Position numbers and translations under genes: made by a program
In this document: positions 1 to 9,839 of the stretch, in pieces
How the letters are laid out: each line of letters opens with the position of its first letter
Position numbering within the stretch: the stretch's first letter is position 1
The notes under the pieces: model-generated
The model's database searches: none
Told to the model about the DNA's origin: nothing
Seen by the model: the letters and a program-made list of their open reading frames with translations, nothing else
Source of the DNA: Chitinophaga pinensis
Lineage (GTDB): Bacteria; Bacteroidota; Bacteroidia; AKYH767-A; OLB10
Assembly: GCA_943332105.1 (NCBI GenBank)
Contig: CALQOD010000003.1
Coordinates: 1 to 62,063, forward strand
Length of the DNA: 62,063 bases
Direction of reading: 5' to 3'

Positions 1-7
1 AATAGAT

Positions 8-233
8 TTGCGTCATAATTGCGTCAATTGCACCATAGTTGCATCAACATTGCACATTGACTGCCCAATAAATGACTCAATTGCTCCAGTAAAATTTTAA
101 GCAACTTTTGGAAATGGCGTATATAATGAAGTTTTGGCGGATATATGGCGGATAAATAATGGGCTCAAAGGGCTCATGATGGACTCAAGAAGGGCTCAAT
201 ACTATTTGCAAGCACGTTTGCAACTATTTGTAA
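8..233. repeat. Phased short-repeat array (several 9-mer families at 11/9-bp spacing), non-coding
   Basis: TTGC-type units start at 8,19,28,39,50,(61),(72),81 (spacings 11,9,11,11,11,11,9). TGGCG at 115,135,146. GG(G/A)CTCA at 161,170,181,192. ACTATTTG(C/T)AA at 201 and 223. No ORF in the track; plus-strand frames hit stops. Confidence 0.85.
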
Positions 234-266
234 AGAAATATAAATTAGGTCTAAAAAATTAACCCC

Positions 267-638
267 CTAATTTTTTTCATTCTCATCATTAATCTCCTCC
301 ACCTTCTCCTCACTCACCGGCATCACCACCGTACTCGATTTAGGTTGTGATAAGGGTTCGCTTTCGAGGGTGTATTTGACAATGTCGTTGGTGTCAGGCA
401 GGTCTTTGGTGACGTCGCCTTTAATTTTATTGATCTCTTTTTCTGCTTCGCGTAAACCTCCTTTTAATTCGTCTTGCACGCCGTTCATCGCGTCTTTGAC
501 TTCACGGATTCCTTTGCCTAATCCACGAGCAATACCAGGAATTTTATCAGAGCCAAAAAACATAAGTATGAAAAGTAAGATGACCATTACTTCTCCACCA
601 CCAAGGCTTTCGAGGAATAAAACAACTGATAAATTCAT
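267..638 (-). CDS. tatA: Twin-arginine translocase TatA/TatB family subunit
   Basis: N-terminal GGGEVMVILLFILMFFGSDKIPGIARGLGKGIREVK: TM helix, FG hinge and amphipathic helix. Confidence 0.88.
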   Translation of the reverse strand: MNLSVVLFLESLGGGEVMVILLFILMFFGSDKIPGIARGLGKGIREVKDAMNGVQDELKGGLREAEKEINKIKGDVTKDLPDTNDIVKYTLESEPLSQPKSSTVVMPVSEEKVEEINDENEKN

Positions 639-671
639 TGGGTAAAGATAAGGCTAATTTTTAGGAGATTT

Positions 672-2312
672 TTATTTGGTTATTTCAAGAATAGGGTATC
701 CTTTACAAGCATTCGGCAAGTTGGTATGCAACAAGAAGGAAAGGGTAGGAGCAATGTCTGTAATGTTGATGCTTCTCGTTGTAGATCCTTGTGTAATGCC
801 TGTTCCCATCCATAACAATGGCACATGCGTATCATACGCGTAAGGCGAGCCATGCGTGGTGCCTTGCTTTCCATTGCCACCATATAAATTTTCTATCCAG
901 CCAGGAGCATAAACTACAATCACATCGCCTGAACGCTCTGGATGATAACCGTTTTTAATTCTTGTCATCAATGGATCACTGGATGCATCTGTTTTTATTT
1001 TTTCGCCCGCAATGCACGTGTAAATTCCTTCTACTACATTCGATAAGTACAAAGCTATTTTTGTCTGCACTTCTTCCAAGTTTAATTTGTCTTCTGCAAT
1101 TGCTTTTCTGTTTAAATACACCTGGTTATTATCGTAGCAACTAAAGTATTTTGCAGAACCGTATTGCTGTTTTAAGAAATCAATTACAGTATCGTTAATT
1201 ATTCTTGCATTGATAAATCCTGCGTTTAGTTTGTTATCAATTAATGATTGTGGATTTTGTATCGCTGCATGATCAGCAGTTAAAAATACGAGGTAATTAT
1301 CTTTGCCTAGTTTGTTATCTAAGAAGGAGAATAAATCACCAAGGTCTTTATCTAAGCGGATATAGGTATCTTCTAATTCAATCGCGTTGGTTCCGAATTG
1401 ATGTCCTACGTAATCAGTAGCAGAAAAGCTCACGCATAAAAAGTCAGTCACATCATCTTCGCCCATATGCTCAGCCGTTATAGCCTCTACCGCTAAGTCT
1501 TTGGTAATGGTGTTGCCAAATGGTGTACGGCGGACTAAATCCCACGACGTGCCTTTAAATGCAGGTAAGTTATGAGGGAAAACAGGTTTTGTTTCTCCTT
1601 TATAACTCATTTCATACGGAGAATCGTCTTTGTCGCTTTCGGTGTATTGATCAATAGGGAGTAAGGTGTTCCAAGGTTTCGATAAATACTGATCAGGATA
1701 TTTTTTGTTATTGAAATTCTTTACCCATTCAGGTAAATCAGTCATGTACCAGCTGCTCGATATCCAGTTGCCTGTGTATCCATCAAACCAATACGAAGCA
1801 TCAGCAGCACGTCCCGCAGGTAAAATTGCGCCACGGTCTTTTAGCGAGATTCCAATCACCTTCGATTTACCCTGTGTAGTCAATTGTAATTCGTCGGTAA
1901 TGGTAGTCGTTAGTAGGTTGTTGGGCGACATTCGTCCGGAAGCATTTTCAGCACCCACGGTTTTAACATTTTTATCAGAAACGCAATACATGGTGTCATT
2001 CGATTTACGTACATACCAGTCGTTAGAAACGATGCCATTTAACATCGGTGTTGTACCTGTGTAAATACTCGCATGTCCAGGCCCAGTAAAAGTAGGAGCG
2101 TAGTTAAAATTCGTATTTCTGCAATCGAAACCTTGCGACTGTAATCTTAAAAAACCTTTTTGAGAATATTTGCTTTTGTATTTATCAATGTAATCAGCTC
2201 TCATCTGATCTACCACAATTCCTACAACCAGTTTAGGCTGTTTCGTTTTTTGTGAGAAGGAAATTGAAACAAGTGATACTAAAAGTAAGACGAGTGAAAA
2301 TAATTTTTTCAT
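672..2312 (-). CDS. pafA: Alkaline phosphatase PafA (nucleotide pyrophosphatase/phosphodiesterase superfamily), exported
   Basis: Signal peptide; VVGIVVDQMRADY, PTFTGPGHASIYTG (Thr nucleophile), SLKDRGAI, DYVGHQFG, TADH, THGS motifs. Confidence 0.9.
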   Translation of the reverse strand: MKKLFSLVLLLVSLVSISFSQKTKQPKLVVGIVVDQMRADYIDKYKSKYSQKGFLRLQSQGFDCRNTNFNYAPTFTGPGHASIYTGTTPMLNGIVSNDWYVRKSNDTMYCVSDKNVKTVGAENASGRMSPNNLLTTTITDELQLTTQGKSKVIGISLKDRGAILPAGRAADASYWFDGYTGNWISSSWYMTDLPEWVKNFNNKKYPDQYLSKPWNTLLPIDQYTESDKDDSPYEMSYKGETKPVFPHNLPAFKGTSWDLVRRTPFGNTITKDLAVEAITAEHMGEDDVTDFLCVSFSATDYVGHQFGTNAIELEDTYIRLDKDLGDLFSFLDNKLGKDNYLVFLTADHAAIQNPQSLIDNKLNAGFINARIINDTVIDFLKQQYGSAKYFSCYDNNQVYLNRKAIAEDKLNLEEVQTKIALYLSNVVEGIYTCIAGEKIKTDASSDPLMTRIKNGYHPERSGDVIVVYAPGWIENLYGGNGKQGTTHGSPYAYDTHVPLLWMGTGITQGSTTRSINITDIAPTLSFLLHTNLPNACKGYPILEITK

Positions 2313-2875
2313 TATTGGATAAACTTAGTTTTTTCAATGATAAATTTTATAATGAGCGCACTTATCAAATAGCCCATCAACCATCCCATCAATACATCTA
2401 GCGGGTAGTGATATCCTAAATAAACACGACTGTATCCAACGGAAATAAAATAAATAAATAACAAAGGTTTTAAAAACGGATTTTTATTAGTCAGAAATAT
2501 CCACGAGAAAACAAACACAGCAGCTGAGTTTGATGCATGCGAACTATAAAATCCAAACTGTCCTCCGAGATATGTGCTAACAAGATGTAGGTGAGGGTAA
2601 ATTGAATCGTTATGTGTCGGCCGTGGGCGCATCCATGTTTCTTTAAAAAATACAGATAGCTGATCGCTGATTAAAATGATGAGTGCAATCAAAAACAACA
2701 AACGAATAGTCTGTTGACCATACGTCTTGTAAATAGAATATAAGATTAGCAGGTAAAATGGAATCCAGAAAAAGCGATCACTAACAACAGTAAAAATGGA
2801 ATCTAAAACTTCATTATGATAACCATTAATGATCAATAGCAAATCCTTATCCAGTTGCAATATTTTTTCTTTCAT
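2312..2875 (-). CDS. PAP2-family membrane phosphatase
   Basis: K...RPRP, SSHA and SRVYLGYHYPLDV motifs. TAATG stop/start overlap with pafA. ATG at 2875 preferred over TTG at 2878. Confidence 0.88.
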   Translation of the reverse strand: MKEKILQLDKDLLLIINGYHNEVLDSIFTVVSDRFFWIPFYLLILYSIYKTYGQQTIRLLFLIALIILISDQLSVFFKETWMRPRPTHNDSIYPHLHLVSTYLGGQFGFYSSHASNSAAVFVFSWIFLTNKNPFLKPLLFIYFISVGYSRVYLGYHYPLDVLMGWLMGYLISALIIKFIIEKTKFIQ

Positions 2876-2881
2876 CAATTC

Positions 2882-3913
2882 TTAGCGATCTAAAAAAGAA
2901 CGTTCATTCATTAAATCCCACAACACATCTTTCAGTTCAACAATGCCTTTGTTGGCTACAGCAGAAATAAATAACACTGGAACCTTCATTCCATCATTCA
3001 TTTTATCGACTGGAATTTCATTTAATAATTGTTCTTGCAATTCGTCGTCAATCATATCACATTTCGTAATAGCAATTACTCTTCGCTTATCGATCAATTC
3101 AGGATTGTGTAGTTGCAATTCATTCATCAGAATTTTATATTCTTCACGAATATCTTTCGTGTCAACAGGAATCATAAATAACAATACTGAATTTCGTTCA
3201 ATATGTCGTAAGAAACGTGTTCCTAATCCTCTTCCTTCTGATGCTCCTTCAATAATTCCTGGAATATCAGCCATTACAAACGATTGATTGTCGCGATAGC
3301 GCACCATTCCTAAGTTCGGGACAATGGTCGTGAATGGATAATCAGCAATTTCAGGTTTAGCGGCTGATACAACAGATAGTAATGTCGATTTACCCGCATT
3401 CGGAAATCCAACTAACCCAACATCGGCTAATAATTTTAATTCTAAAATTTTCCATTCTTCTAATCCAGGCTCGCCAGGTTGTGCAAAGCGAGGAGTTTGT
3501 TTAGTAGATGATTTGAAAAAATTATTACCCTTTCCTCCTCTACCACCAGGCGCTATAATTTCTTCTTGTCCGTCATGTTCAATTTCAAAGAGCACTTCAC
3601 CAGTTTCATTATCTTTCGCGATAGTACCAATAGGGACTTCCAAAATAATATCTTCTCCGTCAGCTCCTGTTTTCAAAGCACTACTTCCCGGTTCTCCATC
3701 TTCACCTAAAACATGCTTCCGGTATTTAAGATGTAGCAATGTCCATAATTGAGTGTTACCTTTTATAATGATATGTCCTCCACGACCGCCATCACCACCA
3801 TCAGGACCACCTTTTGCGGTAAGTTTATCTCGGTGAAAATGCACAGCGCCAGCTCCGCCTTTTCCAGAGCGACAACAAATTTTAACATAATCAACGAAGT
3901 TACTTCCCGACAT
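2882..3913 (-). CDS. obgE: GTPase ObgE/CgtA
   Basis: Gly-rich Obg fold ([12 protein letters not shown]), [27 protein letters not shown]. Start moved to ATG 3913. Confidence 0.97.
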   Translation of the reverse strand: MSGSNFVDYVKICCRSGKGGAGAVHFHRDKLTAKGGPDGGDGGRGGHIIIKGNTQLWTLLHLKYRKHVLGEDGEPGSSALKTGADGEDIILEVPIGTIAKDNETGEVLFEIEHDGQEEIIAPGGRGGKGNNFFKSSTKQTPRFAQPGEPGLEEWKILELKLLADVGLVGFPNAGKSTLLSVVSAAKPEIADYPFTTIVPNLGMVRYRDNQSFVMADIPGIIEGASEGRGLGTRFLRHIERNSVLLFMIPVDTKDIREEYKILMNELQLHNPELIDKRRVIAITKCDMIDDELQEQLLNEIPVDKMNDGMKVPVLFISAVANKGIVELKDVLWDLMNERSFLDR

Positions 3914-3921
3914 AATTTTAT

Positions 3922-4497
3922 TTATTTTATTGTTTCGATAGCAGCACAAAGTCTATCGAAAATTTCATTAATAGAACCGATTCCATTGACACCTGTATAT
4001 TTATTTTGTGCCTTGTAAAAATCACGCACAGGTTCTGTTTCATTCTTATAAACATCAATTCTCTTCTGAATAATCGCAGTGTCTTGATCATCTGGACGAC
4101 CAGAATCTTTACCACGAATCATCAAGCGCGTTCTTAGTTCTTCTTCTTCCACTTCCAATGCAATCATTCCGCTAATTGAAGTCTCTTTTGAAATCAGGAA
4201 ACTATCCAAGGCCTCAGCTTGCGCTGGTGTTCTTGGAAATCCATCGAAAATATATCCTTTCGCATCAGGGTGTTTATTTGCTTCCGACTCAAGCATGCCA
4301 ATCGTAATTTCATCAGGTACTAACTGACCTTGATCCATAAATTGCTTTGCCTTATTTCCTAACTCCGTTCCACCTTTGATGTTTGCACGGAAAATATCTC
4401 CCGTAGAAAGATGGACTAAATGATACTCGTGGATTAACTTTTCAGATTGAGTTCCTTTTCCTGCTCCTGGAGGGCCAAATAATACAATGTTTAACAT
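3922..4497 (-). CDS. adk: Adenylate kinase (short LID)
   Basis: [25 protein letters not shown]. Confidence 0.97.
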   Translation of the reverse strand: MLNIVLFGPPGAGKGTQSEKLIHEYHLVHLSTGDIFRANIKGGTELGNKAKQFMDQGQLVPDEITIGMLESEANKHPDAKGYIFDGFPRTPAQAEALDSFLISKETSISGMIALEVEEEELRTRLMIRGKDSGRPDDQDTAIIQKRIDVYKNETEPVRDFYKAQNKYTGVNGIGSINEIFDRLCAAIETIK

Positions 4498-4508
4498 AGG
4501 ATAGTAAA

Positions 4509-5048
4509 TTAACTTTTTAATTGGTAAATGTCTGCCAAGTTTCTTCCAAGTCCGTCGTAGTCGAGGCCATAACCAATAACAAAAGCAGGAGGAATTTCAA
4601 AACCTACATAATCTGGTTTAACTGGCTGACGAAGCGAAGCAGGCTTGAATAACAAAGTAGCAAAGGCCAGGCTCGCCGGATTCTGTTTTTTAAATTCTTC
4701 AATTAAATAAATAGCCGTATCGCCTGTATCAATAATATCTTCCACAATAATTACATCTCTACCTTCAATACTCTCGTTGAGACCTATCACATTTTTAATC
4801 TTTCCTGTTGATGAAGTGCCTTCGTATGAACTCACACGAATAAAACCAATCTCACAAGGCAGTTGAATGTTGCGTAATAAATCAGCCATAAAAATTACGG
4901 ACCCATTTAAAACACCAATCACCAAAGGACGCTTACCTTGATAATCTTCGTTGATTTTTTGACCTAACTCAACGCTTTTTGCTTGTAATACGTCAGCAGT
5001 GATAAATGGCACGAATACCTTATCGTGAACTTGTACTTCGTTTTTCAT
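4509..5048 (-). CDS. hpt: Hypoxanthine phosphoribosyltransferase
   Basis: VLNGSVIFMADL, IIVEDIIDTGDT PRPP motif, FVIGYGLDY. Confidence 0.95.
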   Translation of the reverse strand: MKNEVQVHDKVFVPFITADVLQAKSVELGQKINEDYQGKRPLVIGVLNGSVIFMADLLRNIQLPCEIGFIRVSSYEGTSSTGKIKNVIGLNESIEGRDVIIVEDIIDTGDTAIYLIEEFKKQNPASLAFATLLFKPASLRQPVKPDYVGFEIPPAFVIGYGLDYDGLGRNLADIYQLKS

Positions 5049-5057
5049 AGGAAGGCA

Positions 5058-5065
5058 CGAAGGTA
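5058..5065 (-). promoter_or_regulatory. Bacteroidota -7 box (TACCTTCG) for the hpt-adk-obgE operon
   Basis: TAnnTTCG variant about 10 nt upstream of the hpt ATG. Confidence 0.6.
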
Positions 5066-5203
5066 CGCAAATAGAGGGAAAAATAAGCGTTGCCTAGTTA
5101 AATTTGGATGGGAAAACCTGGTCAATTCGTGATTCGTTTGTGCTCAAACTAAAATTAAACGATTGTAATCGCTTATAATCGGGTTTTTCTAAAAGAAAGG
5201 GTT

Positions 5204-5211
5204 TATTTTTG
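5204..5211 (+). promoter_or_regulatory. Bacteroidota -7 box (TATTTTTG) for purK-purE
   Basis: Exact TAnnTTTG 9 nt upstream of ATG 5221. Confidence 0.7.
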
Positions 5212-5220
5212 CGACCAGTT

Positions 5221-6369
5221 ATGCAACAACAATTCGCAGGTAAAGACTTTAAACTCGGTATTTTAGGTGGAGGCCAGCTTGGGCGTATGCTTATTCAAGA
5301 GGCTATTAACCTTAATCTATCCACATCCGTTTTAGATCCGGATGCGAATGCGCCATGTAGATACTTGGCAGAGCATTTTGTAGTAGGTGATTTTCGAGAT
5401 GAAGAAACTGTATATGCTTTTGGAAAAAAAGTAAATCTTTTAACCATCGAAATTGAGCATGTAAATATTAATGCGCTGCTGCGATTAGAAAGAGAAGGTG
5501 TTTTGGTTTATCCACAACCTCAAATTTTAGCTATGGTGCAAGACAAAGGAATTCAAAAAGAATTTTTTGCATCGCATCAAATCCCTACTGCCGATTTTAA
5601 ATTGATTCACGATAGAGAACATTTAAAAGAAAATATTGGTGAATTGCCTGCTATTTTGAAATTGAGAAAAGGAGGGTACGATGGTAAAGGCGTCATGAAA
5701 TTGAAGGACGCAAATAATTTAAAGGATGCGTTTGATGCACCTTGTGTTTTAGAAAAACTAGTCGATTTTGATTGTGAGATTGCAGTAATTGTTGCTCGTA
5801 ATAATGCTGGAGATATTGTTCATTATCCACCGGTAGATATGGAATTTAATGCTGATGCTAATCTGGTGGAATTCTTATGTAGTCCTGCAAGAATTTCAGA
5901 TGAGATTAAAGAAAAAGCAATTGCTATTGCGCGCAAAGTGGTTGAGAAAACAGGCCTTACGGGAATATTGGCAGTAGAAATGTTCGTCACAAAATCAGGG
6001 GATGTATTAGTGAATGAAATTGCACCGAGGCCACATAATAGCGGACATCAAACAATAGAAGGGAATAATACTTCGCAATATGCACAACATTTAAGAGCTA
6101 TTTTAGGATTACCATTAGGTGATACAACGATTATTTCTCCTTCTGTTATGATAAATTTATTGGGAGAAAAAGGACATACCGGTGAAGCGCATTACGATGG
6201 CATTCGGAATGCGATGGCTAACGGGGGTGTATATGTTCATTTGTACGGAAAAAAAGAAACTAAGCCGATGCGTAAAATGGGACATGTAACAATCCTTGCA
6301 GATACATTAGAATCAGCAATTGCAAGTGCAAAAAAAGTTCAACAGCAAATAAAAGTTTTAACCCGATAA
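5221..6369 (+). CDS. purK: N5-carboxyaminoimidazole ribonucleotide synthase
   Basis: [41 protein letters not shown]. Confidence 0.97.
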   Translation: MQQQFAGKDFKLGILGGGQLGRMLIQEAINLNLSTSVLDPDANAPCRYLAEHFVVGDFRDEETVYAFGKKVNLLTIEIEHVNINALLRLEREGVLVYPQPQILAMVQDKGIQKEFFASHQIPTADFKLIHDREHLKENIGELPAILKLRKGGYDGKGVMKLKDANNLKDAFDAPCVLEKLVDFDCEIAVIVARNNAGDIVHYPPVDMEFNADANLVEFLCSPARISDEIKEKAIAIARKVVEKTGLTGILAVEMFVTKSGDVLVNEIAPRPHNSGHQTIEGNNTSQYAQHLRAILGLPLGDTTIISPSVMINLLGEKGHTGEAHYDGIRNAMANGGVYVHLYGKKETKPMRKMGHVTILADTLESAIASAKKVQQQIKVLTR

Positions 6370-6379
6370 AATCAATAAA

Positions 6380-6910
6380 ATGAATAAGCCATTGGTAGGA
6401 ATCATTATGGGAAGTAATAGCGATTTACCTGTTATGCAAGAGGCTGCAACTATTTTGGAGCAGTTTGGTGTTGCGTATGAAATGACTGTTGTTTCGGCAC
6501 ATCGTACACCTGAGCGAATGTTTGATTATGCAAAGCAAGCGGATAAAAAAGGGATTAAAGTTATCATCGCTGGTGCTGGTGGTGCTGCTCACTTGCCTGG
6601 AATGGTTGCATCTGTTACACCTTTGCCAGTAATTGGTGTTCCAGTTAAATCAAGTAATAGCATTGATGGATGGGATTCTATTTTATCAATCTTACAAATG
6701 CCGAATGGTGTTCCTGTTGCAACAGTTGCTTTGAATGCTGCGCAAAACGCAGGTATTTTAGCAACGCAAATTTTAAGCACCGGCGATAAAAAATTATTGA
6801 AGAAAATATCCGACTTTAAGAGCGGTTTAAAAGATAAAGTATTGAAGGCGGCGAGTGACATGGAGAATACTGCTAAAGCGATGAAAGCACCAAAGAAAAA
6901 AACAAAGTAA
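6380..6910 (+). CDS. purE: N5-CAIR mutase
   Basis: [32 protein letters not shown]. Confidence 0.97.
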   Translation: MNKPLVGIIMGSNSDLPVMQEAATILEQFGVAYEMTVVSAHRTPERMFDYAKQADKKGIKVIIAGAGGAAHLPGMVASVTPLPVIGVPVKSSNSIDGWDSILSILQMPNGVPVATVALNAAQNAGILATQILSTGDKKLLKKISDFKSGLKDKVLKAASDMENTAKAMKAPKKKTK

Positions 6911-6967
6911 TTTAATTATAAACAGTAAAATCCTTTCCATTTTCAAAGGGGGACGAATTAATTTTTT

Positions 6968-7753
6968 ATGAAAACACTATTGATAACGGCAGGCATTGCC
7001 GTAGGGATTTTATCCTCAATTATTTCAAACGCTCAAGTGCAGCCAGATTGGAAAGGAGTTTTTTCCGAATTGGAAGTATCGCCGCATCAAGCAATTTCGA
7101 CAAATGTTATTTCTATAAGGTCCGATAGCTTATGGCATGCAGGATTGTTTTGTTATTCTCCTGGAGGAATTAAGGAATTAAACAAGCAAACTATTTATTT
7201 ACAAAAGCGAATTCGACCAAAAGAGCAGTTAAGGTGTTATTATGAAACAAGGAGGTTTCATGAGTATGCCGAAAATTCGCTAGTAGTTGGATATGCGAAA
7301 AAATATAGCAATTTATTTTCTGCAGGTTTGACAATTAATTTTCAATCGCAAAAGTTTAGCAACGATTATTTGATTAAATCTAAGCTGCTTGTACAACCAT
7401 CGTGTTTAATTCAACTTAATGAAAAGGTGAGTACTTATTCTTGTTTGTCGTTGGCTACCTATAAAACTACAAAAAGAATTGATCATTTAGTGTTTGCGTT
7501 ACGCTATGATTATAGTAAGTCAATTGCATTAAATGTTGATGCTTGTTTATCGAAGGTAACTGCCGATTGTTTCATTGGTATTTCTTACTTTACTACGGAT
7601 GACTTTAAAATGCAATTGCGTTTTGATTGTTTGTCGGCAGCTACGGCTTTTCAGATTGCTTATACTAAAAAACGAATGGGTTTTGTGTTCGGCTCCAAGT
7701 ATAATTATCTACTTGGTTTATCTCCATTTGTAGGAATTACAACACAACTATAA
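6968..7753 (+). CDS. Hypothetical exported protein, probable outer-membrane beta-barrel
   Basis: Signal peptide and alternating hydrophobic/aromatic strand pattern; 1 nt upstream of the next ORF. Confidence 0.6.
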   Translation: MKTLLITAGIAVGILSSIISNAQVQPDWKGVFSELEVSPHQAISTNVISIRSDSLWHAGLFCYSPGGIKELNKQTIYLQKRIRPKEQLRCYYETRRFHEYAENSLVVGYAKKYSNLFSAGLTINFQSQKFSNDYLIKSKLLVQPSCLIQLNEKVSTYSCLSLATYKTTKRIDHLVFALRYDYSKSIALNVDACLSKVTADCFIGISYFTTDDFKMQLRFDCLSAATAFQIAYTKKRMGFVFGSKYNYLLGLSPFVGITTQL

Positions 7754-7754
7754 T

Positions 7755-9731
7755 ATGAAGAACATTTTACTTTTACTTGGACTAATCAGTTGTGATTTTA
7801 TTCAAGCGCAGAATAATATTTCTGATTTAAGTGTAACTATCAGCGATGATGAATTGGTAAATGCCAATTTTCAAGATCAGTTGTTTGTAGATAGTGTTGA
7901 CTATTTGAAAATAAATTTTGCCAATAGAGATGAGTTACTTCAATCTGGATTTTTCATATGTTTGGAAGTAGATTCGATACTTAATTACCGAAGCAAATAC
8001 GGCTATTTTTATTCGTTGGAGGAGATGCAAGCATTAGATATTATCGCGCTCAATCGATTGGAAAAATTAAAGTCAAAAGTATCTTTTGAAATACCGGTTT
8101 CGATGTCTGAACTGGTAGATTTAAAAAAGCTAGATGGAAGTGTGGTAGCTCGAATTGCCACTCCTTTTTCGAAGAGTGAAACTGCCGAAGATTGGATTTA
8201 TAAGGGAAATAAATACCGAGAGGCTATTGGAATTAAAATAAATGCTGGAGAAAAAATCAACTTTGTGTTAAACGCAGAAAAAGATGCAGGTGAAGCATTT
8301 CAGTTTGCGAAAAAAGTTAAGGGCTTCGACTTTATTTCATCGCATCTAACGATAAAGAATATCCGAAGAGTAAATAAAATTTCGATTGGCGATTATCAAA
8401 TTCAATTAGGACAAGGATTAGTAATATTTCAAGGAATGTCGTTGGGGAAAACATCAGATATCGCCACCATCCGAAAGCAAGAAATCGGAATAAAAGATTA
8501 CAATGGAATGTCGGAGTTCGGATTTTTTAGAGGAATGGCCATCGATTATAAAATAAAAAAAATAAAAATTATTAATTGGGCTTCCTATAAAAATCAGGAT
8601 GCAACTATTTATTCTGATAGTTCAACGGGAGATTATATTCAATCGATAAAAACAGATGGCTATCATCGAACTGATTTAGAACTCGAGCATAAAAATAGTA
8701 TTCTGCAAATGGTTGTTGGTTCATCTTGTTCAATGTTGGTTAGAAATACAACAATCGGTTTGAATGCTATTTTTACATCAAACAGTATTACAATAAAATC
8801 TAATAACGATTATTACAACTACTATGCTTTCAGAGGAAAGAATAGTTTTAATCAATCAATTTCTTATTCGGGCACTCGAAAAAACTTTAATTATTTCGGC
8901 GAAGCTGCAATTGATCAGAATTTATCGCCTGCAATTGTCAATGGCATCATTGCAAGTATCGAAAAGAATTTTTCTGTGAGTCTATTACATCGATATTATT
9001 CCAAAAATTATTTTTCATTTCATTCGAATGCGTTTGGAGAAAATAATAAAGTTGCTAATGAAAACGGATTTTATGTGGGAGGTAATTATAGTTGCAATAA
9101 AAAAATCCAACTTAGCGCTTATTACGATTTGTATTCATTTCCATGGTTAAAATATCAGCTAAGTATGCCTTCTTTTGGACATGATTATTCATTGCAATTT
9201 ATTTATACGCCTGCAAAAATTACAAGCATTAGTTTGCGTTATCATCAAACAAGCAATCAAGAAGAAGTAGTAGGAAGCGATGATCATACAGCTGATATTA
9301 ATGAAACTACTACAAGGTCGTTGCGATTTCAATTACGCACAGAGCTTAATCGTTTGCAAATTACGGGTAGGTACGATTTAACATTTTTAAAACAGCAGAC
9401 CAATGAATCGGGAATGTTAGCTTATTTAGATATTCAGTATAAACCTATGATGAAACCTTATTCATTTTCAATTAGGACTAGCATTTATCGAACAGATTCA
9501 TATTCAACAAGAATGTATGCCTATCAAAGCGATTTACCTGGTTCCTATAATTTGGGGGCTTTTTATGGGAATGGAGAGGCTATTTATCTAATGGTTCATT
9601 ATAAACCCGCCAGAAATTTGCATGTATGGGTTAGAGGTAGCCGAGCTCTAAGTTATTCGCAACTCATTGATAATAAGAATGTATTCCCTGAATACGAGTT
9701 AAAAATGCAGGTAGCCTATAAATTTCATTAG
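7755..9731 (+). CDS. Helix-hairpin-helix (ComEA-like) domain protein with predicted C-terminal OM beta-barrel
   Basis: Signal peptide; KINFANRDELL...ILNYRSKYGYFYSLEEMQAL (HHH_3-like); GDYQIQLGQGLV motif; strand-rich C-terminus ending QVAYKFH. Confidence 0.75.
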   Translation: MKNILLLLGLISCDFIQAQNNISDLSVTISDDELVNANFQDQLFVDSVDYLKINFANRDELLQSGFFICLEVDSILNYRSKYGYFYSLEEMQALDIIALNRLEKLKSKVSFEIPVSMSELVDLKKLDGSVVARIATPFSKSETAEDWIYKGNKYREAIGIKINAGEKINFVLNAEKDAGEAFQFAKKVKGFDFISSHLTIKNIRRVNKISIGDYQIQLGQGLVIFQGMSLGKTSDIATIRKQEIGIKDYNGMSEFGFFRGMAIDYKIKKIKIINWASYKNQDATIYSDSSTGDYIQSIKTDGYHRTDLELEHKNSILQMVVGSSCSMLVRNTTIGLNAIFTSNSITIKSNNDYYNYYAFRGKNSFNQSISYSGTRKNFNYFGEAAIDQNLSPAIVNGIIASIEKNFSVSLLHRYYSKNYFSFHSNAFGENNKVANENGFYVGGNYSCNKKIQLSAYYDLYSFPWLKYQLSMPSFGHDYSLQFIYTPAKITSISLRYHQTSNQEEVVGSDDHTADINETTTRSLRFQLRTELNRLQITGRYDLTFLKQQTNESGMLAYLDIQYKPMMKPYSFSIRTSIYRTDSYSTRMYAYQSDLPGSYNLGAFYGNGEAIYLMVHYKPARNLHVWVRGSRALSYSQLIDNKNVFPEYELKMQVAYKFH

Positions 9732-9811
9732 AAAAAATTGCATAAGAAAATACAATATTAAATTTCCTTATTTGCTTTTATTTTGGGACTTGTATAATAA
9801 CATGTTTTTTT

Positions 9812-9819
9812 TAACTTCG
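9812..9819 (+). promoter_or_regulatory. -7 box (TAACTTCG) for the S8 protease gene
   Basis: TAnnTTCG 20 nt upstream of ATG 9840. Confidence 0.6.
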
Positions 9820-9839
9820 TGCCTCACGAAACAAAACTT

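Noticed and set aside
8-233. CRISPR array, DnaA-box origin or iterons
   Set aside because: Units are 9-11 bp with no constant 23-50-bp repeat or unique spacers; no TTATCCACA boxes; the unit sequence changes along the array.
5049-5220. Purine/ZTP riboswitch or PurR site between hpt and purK; CGATT-GT-AATCG palindrome near 5160
   Set aside because: The purK -7 box leaves a leader of only a few nt, and no riboswitch core was recognised. A single short palindrome is not enough to call an operator.
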